Part shown: piece after piece, positions 42,699 to 53,833 of the stretch
Layout: each line of letters opens with the position of its first letter
How positions within the stretch are numbered: position 1 is the stretch's first letter
DNA from: Obrimoposthia wandeli
Lineage: Eukaryota
DNA length: 64,000 nucleotides
Direction of reading: 5' to 3'
Assembly (NCBI GenBank): GCA_977020255.1
Contig: CDROCS010000506.1
Location: 2,542,001 to 2,606,000 of the forward strand
The notes under the pieces: model-generated
Database searches by the model: none
What the model saw: only the letters and a program-made list of their open reading frames with translations
What the model was told of the DNA's origin: nothing
Program-made: the position numbers and the translations under genes

Positions 42699-44428
42699 TA
42701 AAACAAATTAAACGTCGCGATAATCTAGATTGCGAGGGTATATCAACAGCGGTTCCTGCATTGCTACGCCAGATTTATGCAAGTCGTGGTGTTACCTCTG
42801 ATCAAGAACTAGACAAAGGCGCTAAAAATTTACTCCGTCCTAATCAGCTGAAAGGCATGACTGCGGCGTGTGCATTATTAGTCACGGCGCTAGAGCAAAA
42901 TCAACGCATTATCGTTGTCGGTGATTTTGATGCGGATGGCGCGACGAGTACGGCATTGTCGATACTGGCGTTTAAAATGCTAGGCTATCGTAATGTGGAT
43001 TTTTTAGTACCAAACCGTTTTGAATTTGGTTATGGCTTAAGCCCTGAGATTGTTGATCTTGCAGCTGCTAATGGCGCGCAAGTGATCATGACGGTGGATA
43101 ACGGTATTTCCAGTATCGCCGGTGTTGCAGCGGCCAAAGCGCTGGGCATTAAAGTGCTCGTGACCGATCATCATCTACCGGGTAACGAAGTACCAGATGC
43201 GGATGCCATTGTTAACCCCAATCAACACGGTTGTACTTTCCCAAGTAAGAATTTGGCCGGTGTTGGTGTTGCCTTTTATGTCATGTTGGCATTACGTGGT
43301 GCGCTACGTGAACAGAATTGGTTTGCTAAACAAGGTTTAGTTGAGCCCAATTTAGCTTGTCTATTAGATATCGTTGCACTGGGCACCGTTGCTGATGTGG
43401 TGCCATTAGATGCGAATAATCGTATTTTAGTGCATCAAGGTTTACAGCGTATCCGCGCGGATAAATGTCGCCCGGGTATTAAAGCCTTAATTGAAATTGC
43501 TAACCGCACTCAAGCGCAGCTTTGCGCTAGCGATCTAGGATTTGCATTAGGACCAAGATTGAATGCAGCGGGTCGCTTAGATGACATGTCTGTGGGTGTT
43601 GCTACGCTGTTATGCGAAGATTTGAATAACGCCCGTCGCTTTGCTGGCGAACTTGATAGCCTGAATGAAGAACGTAAAGAAATTGAAAGTTCGATGCAGC
43701 AAGAAGCCTTGGCTATTCTCAAAAGTGTTGATTTTGATGCAGGGCAAGTACCGTATGGTATTTGTTTGTTCCAAGATGATTGGCATCAAGGTGTAGTCGG
43801 TTTAGTCGCTTCACGTATCAAAGAACGCTTTCATCGTCCTGTTATTGCTTTTGCTGATGCAGGCGAGGGTGAAATTAAAGGCTCGGCACGTTCGATTCCA
43901 GGTTTGCATTTACGTGACGTATTAGAACTACTCGATACCCGTAATCCAGGCATGATTTTGAAGTATGGCGGTCATGCTATGGCAGCTGGTCTATCATTAC
44001 GTCTGGATTGCTATGACGAGTTTGCTAAGCAGTTTAATAGCTTAGTGCAAGAATTGTTAACAGAAGAACAGTTAACTGGCGTGGTATTAAGTGATGGTGA
44101 ATTGCCAAGTGCGGAATTGTCACTGCCAACGGCTGAACTAATTAAAGAGGCTGCGCCATGGGGACAGATGTTCCCTGAACCGATCTTCGATGGCATTTTT
44201 AAATTACGTGAACAACGTCTTGTGGGCAAAAAGCATTTGAAAATGATGCTTGAACCTGAAAATGGCGGTCCACTGGTTGATGCGATTGCCTTTAATGTTG
44301 ATTTAGAAGTCTGGCCCGATGCCTCAGTGCAGAAGATTGAGTTAGCTTACAAACTTGATGTAAATGAGTTTCGTGGCAAGCGCAGCCTGCAGTTTATGGT
44401 TGAACATTTACAGCCATTACGTTCGTAG
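42695..44428 (+). CDS. recJ: ssDNA exonuclease RecJ
   Basis: GDFDADGATS, TVDNG, TDHH (DHH), GTVADVV, GGHAMAAG. Confidence 0.98.
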   Translation: MIKQIKRRDNLDCEGISTAVPALLRQIYASRGVTSDQELDKGAKNLLRPNQLKGMTAACALLVTALEQNQRIIVVGDFDADGATSTALSILAFKMLGYRNVDFLVPNRFEFGYGLSPEIVDLAAANGAQVIMTVDNGISSIAGVAAAKALGIKVLVTDHHLPGNEVPDADAIVNPNQHGCTFPSKNLAGVGVAFYVMLALRGALREQNWFAKQGLVEPNLACLLDIVALGTVADVVPLDANNRILVHQGLQRIRADKCRPGIKALIEIANRTQAQLCASDLGFALGPRLNAAGRLDDMSVGVATLLCEDLNNARRFAGELDSLNEERKEIESSMQQEALAILKSVDFDAGQVPYGICLFQDDWHQGVVGLVASRIKERFHRPVIAFADAGEGEIKGSARSIPGLHLRDVLELLDTRNPGMILKYGGHAMAAGLSLRLDCYDEFAKQFNSLVQELLTEEQLTGVVLSDGELPSAELSLPTAELIKEAAPWGQMFPEPIFDGIFKLREQRLVGKKHLKMMLEPENGGPLVDAIAFNVDLEVWPDASVQKIELAYKLDVNEFRGKRSLQFMVEHLQPLRS

Positions 44429-44574
44429 TATTTAAGTTATTCATACATAGAACGCTTATTGATAGTTATTGACGATTGAAATGTTAGTTTTAATCGTCTT
44501 TAGCTATGTATTGTTTTTCGTTATAGTGGTTACCTCTTCTACAGCAATCCTGCTTTAAGATAAGGATATAGACC

Positions 44575-44988
44575 ATGACTATGCAACGCGTAATGAATGA
44601 AATGAAAATTAATGCCCCAAGTATTCCATGTGGCACGTCACTGGTGGCTGTAGTTGAACTGTTTGCTAAACATCAGATTAACGCGGTACCTGTTGTTAAC
44701 CCTGCTAATGAAGTGATTGGTTTTGTATCTGAATCTGATTGTATGCAAGCATTGATTAGCGGTAGTTACCATTGCGACAAACCGGCTATCGTTAATGACG
44801 TGATGACTAAAAACGTCGTGAGTGTTTCACCACAAGACAGTATTGTTGATATCGCTATTCGCATGACTAAAGATAACTTTAGTGTTTACCCGGTTGTTGA
44901 AGCGAGCAAGTTGGTAGGTATTATTAGTCGCAGAGATATCCTGCAAGTGTTGGCTGAAAATAATAATCAGTGTAATCAACTGAGCTAG
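44575..44988 (+). CDS. stand-alone tandem CBS-domain protein
   Basis: AVPVVN...VIGFVSESD; YPVVEASKLVGIISRRDIL. Confidence 0.9.
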   Translation: MTMQRVMNEMKINAPSIPCGTSLVAVVELFAKHQINAVPVVNPANEVIGFVSESDCMQALISGSYHCDKPAIVNDVMTKNVVSVSPQDSIVDIAIRMTKDNFSVYPVVEASKLVGIISRRDILQVLAENNNQCNQLS

Positions 44989-45008
44989 ATTTTTACCCCG
45001 GCTATTTC

Positions 45009-45036
45009 AAACCATGCTGCCCTAGCATGGTTTTTT
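45009..45036 (+). terminator. terminator after the CBS gene
   Basis: AAACCATGCT gccct AGCATGGTTTTTT. Confidence 0.85.
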
Positions 45037-45311
45037 GTTATTTTATTTCTGCGTTTTAACCGACTTTCCGTTCAATTTTTATTTATCTGCATTTTTTTGC
45101 TCATATTATCGATTAATTTGCTATTTTCTTAATCTGCCCCTGTTTATCCGTTTGTGAATTCGGTAAAATTTGCTGTTGTATAAAATCCCATAGTTAGAAC
45201 AATATACTTAGCAGAATGTTGAGTTCAATATCCTCGTTCGATATTCGCCACATAATGCGAGGTACAATATCTTTAGCAAAATGCTGAATACAATTAAAAT
45301 AGAGCAAAATC

Positions 45312-46410
45312 ATGTTTGAAGTAAATCCAGTAATGAATAAATTAAAGGAGCTAGGCGAACGCGCTGAGCTGCTTCGGGGGTATCTTTGACTATGATGCTA
45401 GTAAAGAGCGTCTAGAAGAGGTATCTGCGGAATTAGAGTCATCAGAAGTATGGAGTGACCCTAAACGAGCACAAGAATTAGGTAAAGAACGCGCATCATT
45501 AGAATTGATCGTAAAAACGATTGATGATTTGGGCACGGGTTGTGATGATGTTGAAGGCTTAGTTGAACTGGCAGTTGAAGCTGAAGACGAAGAAACATTT
45601 GCAGAAGCAGAGCATGAAATTATCGGTTTGGAAGCGCAGCTAGCTAAACTTGAGTTTCGCCGTATGTTTTCTGGCAAGCAAGATGCTAATGACTGTTATC
45701 TTGATATCCAATCTGGCTCGGGCGGTACTGAAGCACAAGATTGGGCAAACATGTTATTGCGTATGTTCTTACGATGGGGTGAGGCACACAAATTTAAAGT
45801 TGAGTTGATCGAAGTATCAGCTGGCGATGTAGCCGGAATCAAAGGCGCGACTATCCGTTTGGGTGGTGAGTATGCTTTCGGTTGGTTACGTACAGAAACT
45901 GGTGTTCACCGTTTAGTACGTAAATCACCATTTGATTCAAGTGGCCGTCGCCATACCTCATTTGCATCGGTATTTGTTTATCCTGAAATTGATGACAGTA
46001 TCGAAATTGACTTAAATCCATCGGACTTACGTATCGATGTATACCGTGCTTCGGGCGCGGGTGGTCAGCACGTAAATACAACAGAATCAGCGGTACGTAT
46101 TACTCACTTACCCACTAATCTTGTTGTACAATGCCAGAACGATCGCTCTCAGCATAAGAATAAAGATGCAGCGATGAAGCAAATGCGAGCGAAGTTGTTT
46201 GAGCATGAAATGCAAAAACAAAACGCTGAAAAACAAATCGCAGAAGATGCTAAATCAGATATCGGTTGGGGCAGCCAGATCCGTTCATACGTACTGGATG
46301 ACTCACGCGTAAAAGATTTACGTACTGGTGTTGAAACACGCAACACACAAGCCGTTTTAGACGGTGATTTAGACAAATTTATTGAAGCCAGCCTGAAATC
46401 AGGCCTGTAA
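45312..46410 (+). CDS. prfB: peptide chain release factor 2 with programmed +1 frameshift
   Basis: ATG 45312 MFEVNPV...LRGYL (25 codons), then CTT TGA C at 45384-45390. The +1 frame contains SPF and GGQ. Confidence 0.98.
45378..45390 (+). other. prfB +1 ribosomal frameshift site
   Basis: (C)GGGGG TAT CTT TGA C: internal SD-like run, slippery CTT-T, in-frame UGA. Confidence 0.95.
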
Positions 46411-46426
46411 AAAATAGGGTTAAAAA

Positions 46427-47935
46427 ATGACTGAACAGTTACAAGATGAAAACAAACTGATTGCAGAACGTCGCGCGAAATTAGATCATATCCGCAAGAA
46501 CTGTAAAGCAAATGGCCACCCTAACGACTTTCGTGTAAAAGATAAGTCAGCAGATTTACAGGCAGCATTTGGCGAGAAGTCAAAAGAAGAATTAGTTGAA
46601 ATGCAGCACGTGGTAAGCATCGCGGGTCGTATCATGGCTAAGCGTGGTCCTTTCCTTGCTATCCAAGATACATCTGGTCGCATTCAAGCATACGCATCGA
46701 AAGACGTGCAAAAAGCACAAAAAGCTGACCTTGGTGGTTTAGATATTGGTGATATCGTTGGTATTACTGGTGCACTAAACAAATCAGGTAAAGGCGATCT
46801 TTACGTTGAAATGACTGAATACGTACTAATGACTAAAGCATTACGTCCGTTACCAGAAAAATTCCACGGTCTAACTGACCAAGAAATGCGTTACCGTCAA
46901 CGTTACGTTGATCTTATCGTAAATGCTGAATCGCGTAATGCTTTCATCATTCGTTCTAAGTTAGTAACAGCTATCCGTAACTTCATGATCTCGAAAGATT
47001 ACATGGAAGTTGAAACGCCGATGATGCACGTGATCCCTGGTGGCGCAACAGCGCGTCCATTCATCACGCACCATAACGCACTAGACCAAGAAATGTACCT
47101 ACGTGTAGCACCAGAGCTATACCTTAAGCGTTTAGTTGTTGGTGGTTTTGATCGTGTATTCGAAATCAACCGTAACTTCCGTAACGAAGGTTTATCTCCT
47201 CGTCACAACCCTGAATTCACGATGATGGAATTCTACCAAGCTTACTCTGACTACAACGACCTTATGGATTTCACTGAAGAAATGCTAAGCACGGTAGCCG
47301 TTGACGTTCTTGGTGCTACTTCTATGCCTTACGGTGATGATACTGTTGAATTTGGTGGCAAATACACACGTATTAGCATGCTAGATGCAATCAAACAGTA
47401 CAACCCTGAGCACGAAGTGATTCAAGCACTGACTAACGAAGGTGTTCAAGATCGTGAGTTAATGGTTTCTATTGCGAAATCACTACACATGAATGTTGAG
47501 AAATTCTGGACTTGTGGTCAATTGTTAGAAGAGATCTTTGGTGAAACAGCTGAACCACAACTGATTCAACCAACGTTTATCACTGGCTACCCAGCTGATA
47601 TCTCGCCACTAGCACGTCGTAGCGATGATAACCCATTCTTCACTGACCGTTTTGAGTTCTTCATCGGCGGCCGTGAAGTTGCAAATGGTTTCTCTGAGCT
47701 TAACGATGCACAAGACCAAGACGAACGTTTCAAAGCACAAGTTAACGCGAAAGATGCTGGCGATGATGAAGCAATGTACTACGATGCAGATTACATTACT
47801 GCACTAGAGCATGGTTTACCACCAACAGCTGGTCAAGGTATTGGTATCGACCGTTTAGCTATGTTGTTCACTAACACACATACTATCCGTGACGTTATCT
47901 TATTCCCTGCAATGCGTCCGCAAGCAAATAGCTAA
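46427..47935 (+). CDS. lysS: lysyl-tRNA synthetase
   Basis: [42 protein letters not shown]. Confidence 0.98.
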   Translation: MTEQLQDENKLIAERRAKLDHIRKNCKANGHPNDFRVKDKSADLQAAFGEKSKEELVEMQHVVSIAGRIMAKRGPFLAIQDTSGRIQAYASKDVQKAQKADLGGLDIGDIVGITGALNKSGKGDLYVEMTEYVLMTKALRPLPEKFHGLTDQEMRYRQRYVDLIVNAESRNAFIIRSKLVTAIRNFMISKDYMEVETPMMHVIPGGATARPFITHHNALDQEMYLRVAPELYLKRLVVGGFDRVFEINRNFRNEGLSPRHNPEFTMMEFYQAYSDYNDLMDFTEEMLSTVAVDVLGATSMPYGDDTVEFGGKYTRISMLDAIKQYNPEHEVIQALTNEGVQDRELMVSIAKSLHMNVEKFWTCGQLLEEIFGETAEPQLIQPTFITGYPADISPLARRSDDNPFFTDRFEFFIGGREVANGFSELNDAQDQDERFKAQVNAKDAGDDEAMYYDADYITALEHGLPPTAGQGIGIDRLAMLFTNTHTIRDVILFPAMRPQANS

Positions 47936-47986
47936 TTAGTTTTTTATCAGCGAGTTATTCAATTAGCTCGCGATATTAACGATAAT

Positions 47987-48022
47987 AAAAAGCCAGTCAA
48001 CATTACGTTGACTGGCTTTTTT
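47987..48022. terminator. bidirectional terminator (lysS / ygfZ)
   Basis: AAAAAGCCAGTCAAC atta(c) GTTGACTGGCTTTTTT. Confidence 0.9.
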
Positions 48023-48068
48023 GTTTTCTAGCTGTGAGCTTTTAACTTCACGTTTAGAGCTCGTAGTA

Positions 48069-49055
48069 TTAGTCTACTTCTACTAACGAATACGGTAATG
48101 CTTTAAACGCCAATGTTGATTCATTATCAGTGATTTTAAACACGCTATCAGCTTCAAGATTGTTTGGCAGTACGCTTGAGATGATTTGTACGCCATCGCT
48201 ATAACGGTAGCTTAAGTTTACTTTACCGCTGCTACGCCAGTTCTCACCCAGCTGTAATTCAATGCTATCACCACTGTTAACTTCTGTTGCCGTCACACCG
48301 CTTAAGATTGCCATTGCACGTTTGTTGGTACCACGGTATTTCGCGCGGGCAACGGTTTCTTGGCCTGTGTAACAACCTTTCTTAAAGCTAATGCCATCAT
48401 AAGCTTGTAGGTTAAATGCTTGTGGGATCTGCACGCTGCTCATCGCTGCACTCACAATCGGAGCTGCTGCTAGGATATCAAGCGCATCCCAGAATGAACC
48501 GTCATCGGTTGCTGCTTCGGCTAGGTGTTGGCTAATCTGTTGCAGTGATGCATCACTTTTTTGTAATAACACTAAGAAACGTGGTGTTTCGCCAATCAAG
48601 CGCATGACAAAACCATTTGGTAAATGAGTCACCGCTTCTTCACCTAGCGTAATGGCAAATGTCTTATTCAACCATTGTTCTGCTTGCTCGCCCGCGATAC
48701 CGTAAAGGTTACAAAATGCGGACGCATCGGTGAGTTCTACTTTTGAGAATACCGCGTATTTCTTTAATTCAGGCTGGGTGATCGCCAATGCATCTTTGCG
48801 CATGATGAAATAAAATGAATTGCCTTTTTTAGCGACTTGGAATGTTGACCACAGCTTGCCTTTTGGATCGCAATGACCACCCCAAGTTGTTTGTTGATCT
48901 TCTAAACCCACCAGATCACAAGTCAATTGACCTTGTAAATAACTTAAACGCTGCTCACCTGTTGCAGTCATTAATCCCCAGTGTGATAGCTCGCTTACGA
49001 TCACATTTGGTAATGCGTCTGTTGATGCTAGGGTCAGTTTATTAAATTGCGTCAT
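48069..49055 (-). CDS. ygfZ: folate-binding Fe-S/tRNA-modifying protein YgfZ
   Basis: YLQGQLTCD, KKGCYTGQETVARAKYRG signature. Confidence 0.96.
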   Translation of the reverse strand: MTQFNKLTLASTDALPNVIVSELSHWGLMTATGEQRLSYLQGQLTCDLVGLEDQQTTWGGHCDPKGKLWSTFQVAKKGNSFYFIMRKDALAITQPELKKYAVFSKVELTDASAFCNLYGIAGEQAEQWLNKTFAITLGEEAVTHLPNGFVMRLIGETPRFLVLLQKSDASLQQISQHLAEAATDDGSFWDALDILAAAPIVSAAMSSVQIPQAFNLQAYDGISFKKGCYTGQETVARAKYRGTNKRAMAILSGVTATEVNSGDSIELQLGENWRSSGKVNLSYRYSDGVQIISSVLPNNLEADSVFKITDNESTLAFKALPYSLVEVD

Positions 49056-49175
49056 TGTTTACTCTTCTCTGGCTGGTTTTCTCTATGGTAGAGTGAACGC
49101 AAGCATTTGTCTTTAGAAGATCTTGTTTATTTTTATGGTAGAATTAGGGCATGGACAATTAGATAAGGGAAAAAG

Positions 49176-49427
49176 ATGACTAAGTTAGATTCAAAGGCTC
49201 GTTTACGCTGGGCTTGTCGCCGCGGCATGCTGGAATTAGATGTATTATTTCGTCCGTTTGTGGATGAAGCTTATGATGATTTATCAGATGCAGATAAATT
49301 GATTTTCCAACGCTTGTTAGAAGGCGAAGATCCAGAGTTATTTGCTTGGGCAATGGGTCATCAAGAATGTGCAGATCCAGAGTTAGCCTATATGATGAAT
49401 AAAATTGTCTCAAGAGTTAAAGTGTAA
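49176..49427 (+). CDS. sdhE: FAD assembly factor SdhE
   Basis: RLRWACRRGMLELDVLF motif. Confidence 0.97.
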   Translation: MTKLDSKARLRWACRRGMLELDVLFRPFVDEAYDDLSDADKLIFQRLLEGEDPELFAWAMGHQECADPELAYMMNKIVSRVKV

Positions 49428-49818
49428 CGTCACGTTACGCCCGTCTAAATACTGGTTGTTGCTGTGTGTTGCGATACATAGCGTGGTACTCGGTTTGTTA
49501 TTAAACTGGCTTACCCTTATCTCAATGCAATTAGTTTATAGCGTAGTCATTATTGCTTTGTGCAGTTATCAATGCAGGCAGCATTGGCTACGTCGTCCCT
49601 CGTTTACCTATTTCACTAGTGGTTATATTCGGTTTGATGTTGGCGGTGAGTTATTTGCGATTCATCAGCAGTCACGTAGCGCAGACCTGTTTATTCATTT
49701 ACGTTATAGTCGTGTGAAGCCAGATAAAACACAGTATCAGTCCTTGTATATCATGCGTGATGCCATTGATGACCATCATTATCGGCGTTTAGTCCGTACC
49801 ATCAAAATATTACACTAG
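49405..49818 (+). CDS. ygfX: YgfX-like inner membrane protein
   Basis: Overlaps the sdhE stop; two N-terminal TM segments; C-terminal RDAIDDHHYRRL; conserved position. TTG start. Confidence 0.65.
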   Translation: MSQELKCNVTLRPSKYWLLLCVAIHSVVLGLLLNWLTLISMQLVYSVVIIALCSYQCRQHWLRRPSFTYFTSGYIRFDVGGELFAIHQQSRSADLFIHLRYSRVKPDKTQYQSLYIMRDAIDDHHYRRLVRTIKILH

Positions 49819-49959
49819 TATTCACGATATAAGCGTTTGAGTTTTGAATTAATCAGAAGTGTAAAGAATTGTTTAACTGCTGGTTACTCTATTTCTACGC
49901 TGTAAATTTGATCATGTGAATTTTTCTGCCGCAGCCTCATTTTTTATTAAGAGCGAACA

Positions 49960-51873
49960 ATGCCAATCTCTACTCCCACACCTACATCTAGTGCTGACTT
50001 ATTACCGCTTATTATTGCCGGTCCTATATTACGACACTGTGATGAACAGCATTTTACCTTGTGGTTTGTCAGTGCGAAGCCATTATCGGATCTGAGCTTG
50101 ATCCTGCTGGGTGCTGATTTTTCGCGTGTATTAACGCACGATGAAGTACATACCATCAAGTTGGGTTCGCATGCCTACCAGTATTTAATTAACGTTACTG
50201 CGCAGGCGTTACTACCTGCCGATATCACTATCGATTATCAGGTGCATGATTCTGAATTAGGAGAGCTGTTTGGTTCAGTGGCAGAGCTTGGTTATGGTGA
50301 GTCTAAGACCCCGAACTTTATCGTTAAGCCTAATATTACTGACATTTTACATGGTTCTTGTCGCCAGCCTCATCATCACAGCGATGATGCGTTAGTCGCG
50401 GCGGATACCCGTTTACAAGGTTTCAATTCAGCAAGCGAACGTCCATCGTTATTAATGTTAAGCGGTGATCAAGTGTATGTGGATGACGTTGCAGGGCCCA
50501 TGCTATACGCGATTGGTCAGGTTATTAACTTATTGGGTTTGCCGCATGAAACGTTCAACGCGGCAGGTATCACGGGTAGTCAAGATATTAGCTACAAACC
50601 TGCCGATTTGTACCAACGTCATCTTGGGCTGTTACCTAAAACCGAATACTCCGCGAAGACAGCCTTGCATGATTGGTATGTGAATCACGCTATATTTACT
50701 TCATCGTCGGCAGACAACCATTTAGTCAGTGTCAGTGAAGTCATGGCGTTGTACTTGCTGTCTTGGTCTCCTGAGTTATGGCAACAGATCTCGATACCGC
50801 GTGATGTCAAAGGGTTGAGTGCGGAGCATTTGATGCGTTGGCAACAAGAGTGGGATAGCTTACTGGCGTTTAAAGCGGGCTTAACCAAAGTTCGTCGCCT
50901 AATGGCACATTTACCAACTTATATGATTTTTGACGATCATGACGTTACTGATGATTGGAATTTAACGGCAAAGTGGGAAGAGGCCGCTTATGGCCATGCA
51001 TTCTCGAAACGTATTATTGGTAATGCTTTGATCGGCTACACCTTGTTCCAAGGACTCGGGAATAACCCGCAACGTATGCTGGCTAATTTAGCCGCGCCGT
51101 TAGCGAACTATTTCGAGCAATTGACGATGGAAACGCAAGACGAGCTGATAGCTATCTTGCTGAAGTATGAACAATGGCATTATACCTTAGCGACATCGCC
51201 TAAATTAGTGGTGCTAGATACGCGCACAAGGCGCTGGCGCAGTGAATCTAATCTAGCTAAACCGTCAGGACTGATGGACTGGGAAGCCATGATGGAGTTT
51301 CAGCATGAGCTAGTGGGGCAGGACAAAGTCATTATTGTCTCTCCAGCGCCTATGTATGGCGTTAAGATCATCGAAACGGTACAGCGTATTGCCACTATGT
51401 GCGGTGCCTCGTTATTGGTTGATGCGGAAAACTGGATGGCACATCCTGGCACAGCGAATACCTTGTTAAGTATTTTTATGCACCGTAAAACCCCGCAGCA
51501 ATTTGTGATTTTATCGGGTGATGTACATTACTCGTTTGCCTATAAAATAGGGATCCGTTTCCGTCATGGCGGACCGCAGATATATCAAATTACTTGTAGT
51601 GGTTTGAAGAATCAGTTTCCTGAAAAACTGTTATCTTGCTTTGATAAGCTTAACGCTTGGTTATACGGTTATTATTCACCATTGAACTTTTTCACTAAAC
51701 GTAAGCGCATGACGATCAGAGGTTGCAAGCCTAATAACGACAAAGATAAACGTCTCGTTAATCACAGTGGTATTGGTATGGTAACTTTTGCTGACAATGG
51801 TGCACCGAGTAAAATTGCGGTATTACACAGTGATATGACCGAAACGGTATTTACCCCGCCTAAGCATGATTAA
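49960..51873 (+). CDS. PhoD-like metallophosphatase lacking a signal peptide
   Basis: HGSCRQPH, LSGDQVYVDD, IFDDHDVTDDWN, LDTRTRR, LSGDVHYS. Confidence 0.85.
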   Translation: MPISTPTPTSSADLLPLIIAGPILRHCDEQHFTLWFVSAKPLSDLSLILLGADFSRVLTHDEVHTIKLGSHAYQYLINVTAQALLPADITIDYQVHDSELGELFGSVAELGYGESKTPNFIVKPNITDILHGSCRQPHHHSDDALVAADTRLQGFNSASERPSLLMLSGDQVYVDDVAGPMLYAIGQVINLLGLPHETFNAAGITGSQDISYKPADLYQRHLGLLPKTEYSAKTALHDWYVNHAIFTSSSADNHLVSVSEVMALYLLSWSPELWQQISIPRDVKGLSAEHLMRWQQEWDSLLAFKAGLTKVRRLMAHLPTYMIFDDHDVTDDWNLTAKWEEAAYGHAFSKRIIGNALIGYTLFQGLGNNPQRMLANLAAPLANYFEQLTMETQDELIAILLKYEQWHYTLATSPKLVVLDTRTRRWRSESNLAKPSGLMDWEAMMEFQHELVGQDKVIIVSPAPMYGVKIIETVQRIATMCGASLLVDAENWMAHPGTANTLLSIFMHRKTPQQFVILSGDVHYSFAYKIGIRFRHGGPQIYQITCSGLKNQFPEKLLSCFDKLNAWLYGYYSPLNFFTKRKRMTIRGCKPNNDKDKRLVNHSGIGMVTFADNGAPSKIAVLHSDMTETVFTPPKHD

Positions 51874-51970
51874 CAGGCGTGACTATTTAGATCGTTCTTA
51901 TTGAAGATAAAGAAAAAGCAGCTAAATAGCTGCTTAATAAAGACATCTTAATTAATAACCCATTATACCG

Positions 51971-53575
51971 CTATACCTTAGGTTGTAAGATTGTCGGTTG
52001 TGGTTCGTCAAACTGCTCTGGGTAATCGAGCGTGTAGTGCAAGCCGCGACTTTCTTTACGATCTAAAGCACTGCGGATAATCAAGTCTGCAACTGTGACT
52101 AGGTTTCTTAATTCCAACAAGTTGTTGCTGACGCGGAAATTACTGTAGTACTCATCAATTTCTTGTTGTAACAGATTCACTCGGCGCAGGGCGCGCTCTA
52201 GACGTTTAGTGGTGCGCACAATACCCACGTAATCCCACATGAATAATCGTAGTTCATGCCAGTTATGCTGGATAATCACTTCTTCATCAGAGTTGGTTAC
52301 TTTGCTCTCATCCCACGCTGGAATGCGGTAATTTTTACGGGTTTTATGTAATTTCGATAAAATATCGTCAGCTGCAGCATGGGCAAACACAATGCATTCC
52401 AATAATGAATTACTGGCTAAGCGGTTAGCGCCATGTAAACCGGTATAAGCCACTTCACCAATAGCGTACAAGCCACGCATATCTGTTTGACCGGTTAAAT
52501 CTGTCATTACGCCACCACAAGTATAATGGGCAGCAGGTACCGCAGGGATCGGGTCTGTGGTGATATCGATGCCTAATTTTAAGCAACGTTCATAAATTGT
52601 TGGGAAATGACTAATAATAAATTCAGCGGGCTTGTGGCTAATATCTAAATACACACAATCACTACCGAGGCGCTTCATTTCAAAATCGATAGCACGGGCG
52701 ACGATATCACGTGGTGCTAATTCAGCGCGTTCATCAAAGCCTGGCATAAAGCGTGTGCCGTCGGCGTGACGTAAATAAGCGCCTTCACCACGTAGGGCTT
52801 CAGTTAATAAGAAATTTCTCGCATCGGGGTGAAATAAACAGGTTGGGTGGAATTGATTGAATTCCATATTAGCAACACGGCAACCTGCGCGCCATGCCAT
52901 GGCAATACCGTCACCGCTCGATACATCTGGGTTACTGGTGTATTGATACACTTTACTTGCACCACCAGTGGCCAATATAACGAAACGGGCTTTAATGACT
53001 TCTACTTTTTCGGCATCACGGTTCCATACATAGGCACCGACAATACGGTTGGTCGCTTGATTTAACTGCTTAGTTGAAATCAGGTCAACCGCGTTAAAGC
53101 GTTCCATTAAGGTGATGTTGGGGTGTTGCGAGACATTATCGATTAAGGTGGTTTGAACTACTTTACCTGTGGCATCTGCAGCATGCAGAATGCGGCGATG
53201 ACTGTGGCCGCCTTCTTTTGTTAAGTGATATTGCTGCTCGCCATTGTCGTCGGCAACTTGGTCAAACGGTGCGCCTTTATCAATTAACCAATTTAAGCTG
53301 GTCGCTGCACTACTGGCAGTAAAATTAACGGTATCTTCGTCACATAAGCCTGCGCCAGCAATCAGCGTGTCAGCAACATGGCCTTCAATACTGTCCGCTT
53401 CATCAAACACAGCAGCAATACCACCTTGTGCATAAAGTGTTGAACCTTCGGTTAAGCCGCTTTTACTTAACACCATCACTTTAGCGTGATTGGCGAGTTT
53501 CAGCGCCAGTGAGAGTCCTGCGGCACCACTGCCGATAATCAGTACATCGCTTTGGTATTCCGCATTTGTTCTCAT
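51971..53575 (-). CDS. nadB: L-aspartate oxidase
   Basis: [53 protein letters not shown] 53584 is an alternative start. Confidence 0.98.
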   Translation of the reverse strand: MRTNAEYQSDVLIIGSGAAGLSLALKLANHAKVMVLSKSGLTEGSTLYAQGGIAAVFDEADSIEGHVADTLIAGAGLCDEDTVNFTASSAATSLNWLIDKGAPFDQVADDNGEQQYHLTKEGGHSHRRILHAADATGKVVQTTLIDNVSQHPNITLMERFNAVDLISTKQLNQATNRIVGAYVWNRDAEKVEVIKARFVILATGGASKVYQYTSNPDVSSGDGIAMAWRAGCRVANMEFNQFHPTCLFHPDARNFLLTEALRGEGAYLRHADGTRFMPGFDERAELAPRDIVARAIDFEMKRLGSDCVYLDISHKPAEFIISHFPTIYERCLKLGIDITTDPIPAVPAAHYTCGGVMTDLTGQTDMRGLYAIGEVAYTGLHGANRLASNSLLECIVFAHAAADDILSKLHKTRKNYRIPAWDESKVTNSDEEVIIQHNWHELRLFMWDYVGIVRTTKRLERALRRVNLLQQEIDEYYSNFRVSNNLLELRNLVTVADLIIRSALDRKESRGLHYTLDYPEQFDEPQPTILQPKV

Positions 53576-53749
53576 AGTTCTCACTCGATTTGTAGTATGC
53601 TGTAATCTCTATACCCAAGATACTTCAAGATATAATGTTAAGTAGGGCATTATAGGCTGTAAAGCTCGGGCATTAAAAAGGTATTTTGATTTATTTAGCT
53701 TTATTTTGATTTAATTAGCTCATTTACGTATTTTATTTGCTGTTAAAAC

Positions 53750-53776
53750 GAACTTTATTTATATCACGTAGTCTGA
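53750..53776 (+). promoter_or_regulatory. sigmaE-dependent autoregulatory promoter of rpoE
   Basis: GAACTT-N16-TCTGA, an exact sigmaE consensus. Confidence 0.9.
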
Positions 53777-53833
53777 AAATTACGCATTAGTAATACTAGT
53801 GTCATCAGAATAATAAGAGGTTATGAGTTACTA

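Noticed and set aside
44443-44511. Extended hairpin between recJ and the CBS gene
   Set aside because: Inner 11-bp and outer 8-bp AT-rich stems with a large asymmetric loop; most simply a weak recJ terminator, and nothing else supports a separate element.
49176-49818. sdhE-ygfX as the CptAB toxin-antitoxin pair
   Set aside because: SdhE is an established flavinylation factor and the pair is in its ordinary conserved context; the toxin role of YgfX has been disputed.
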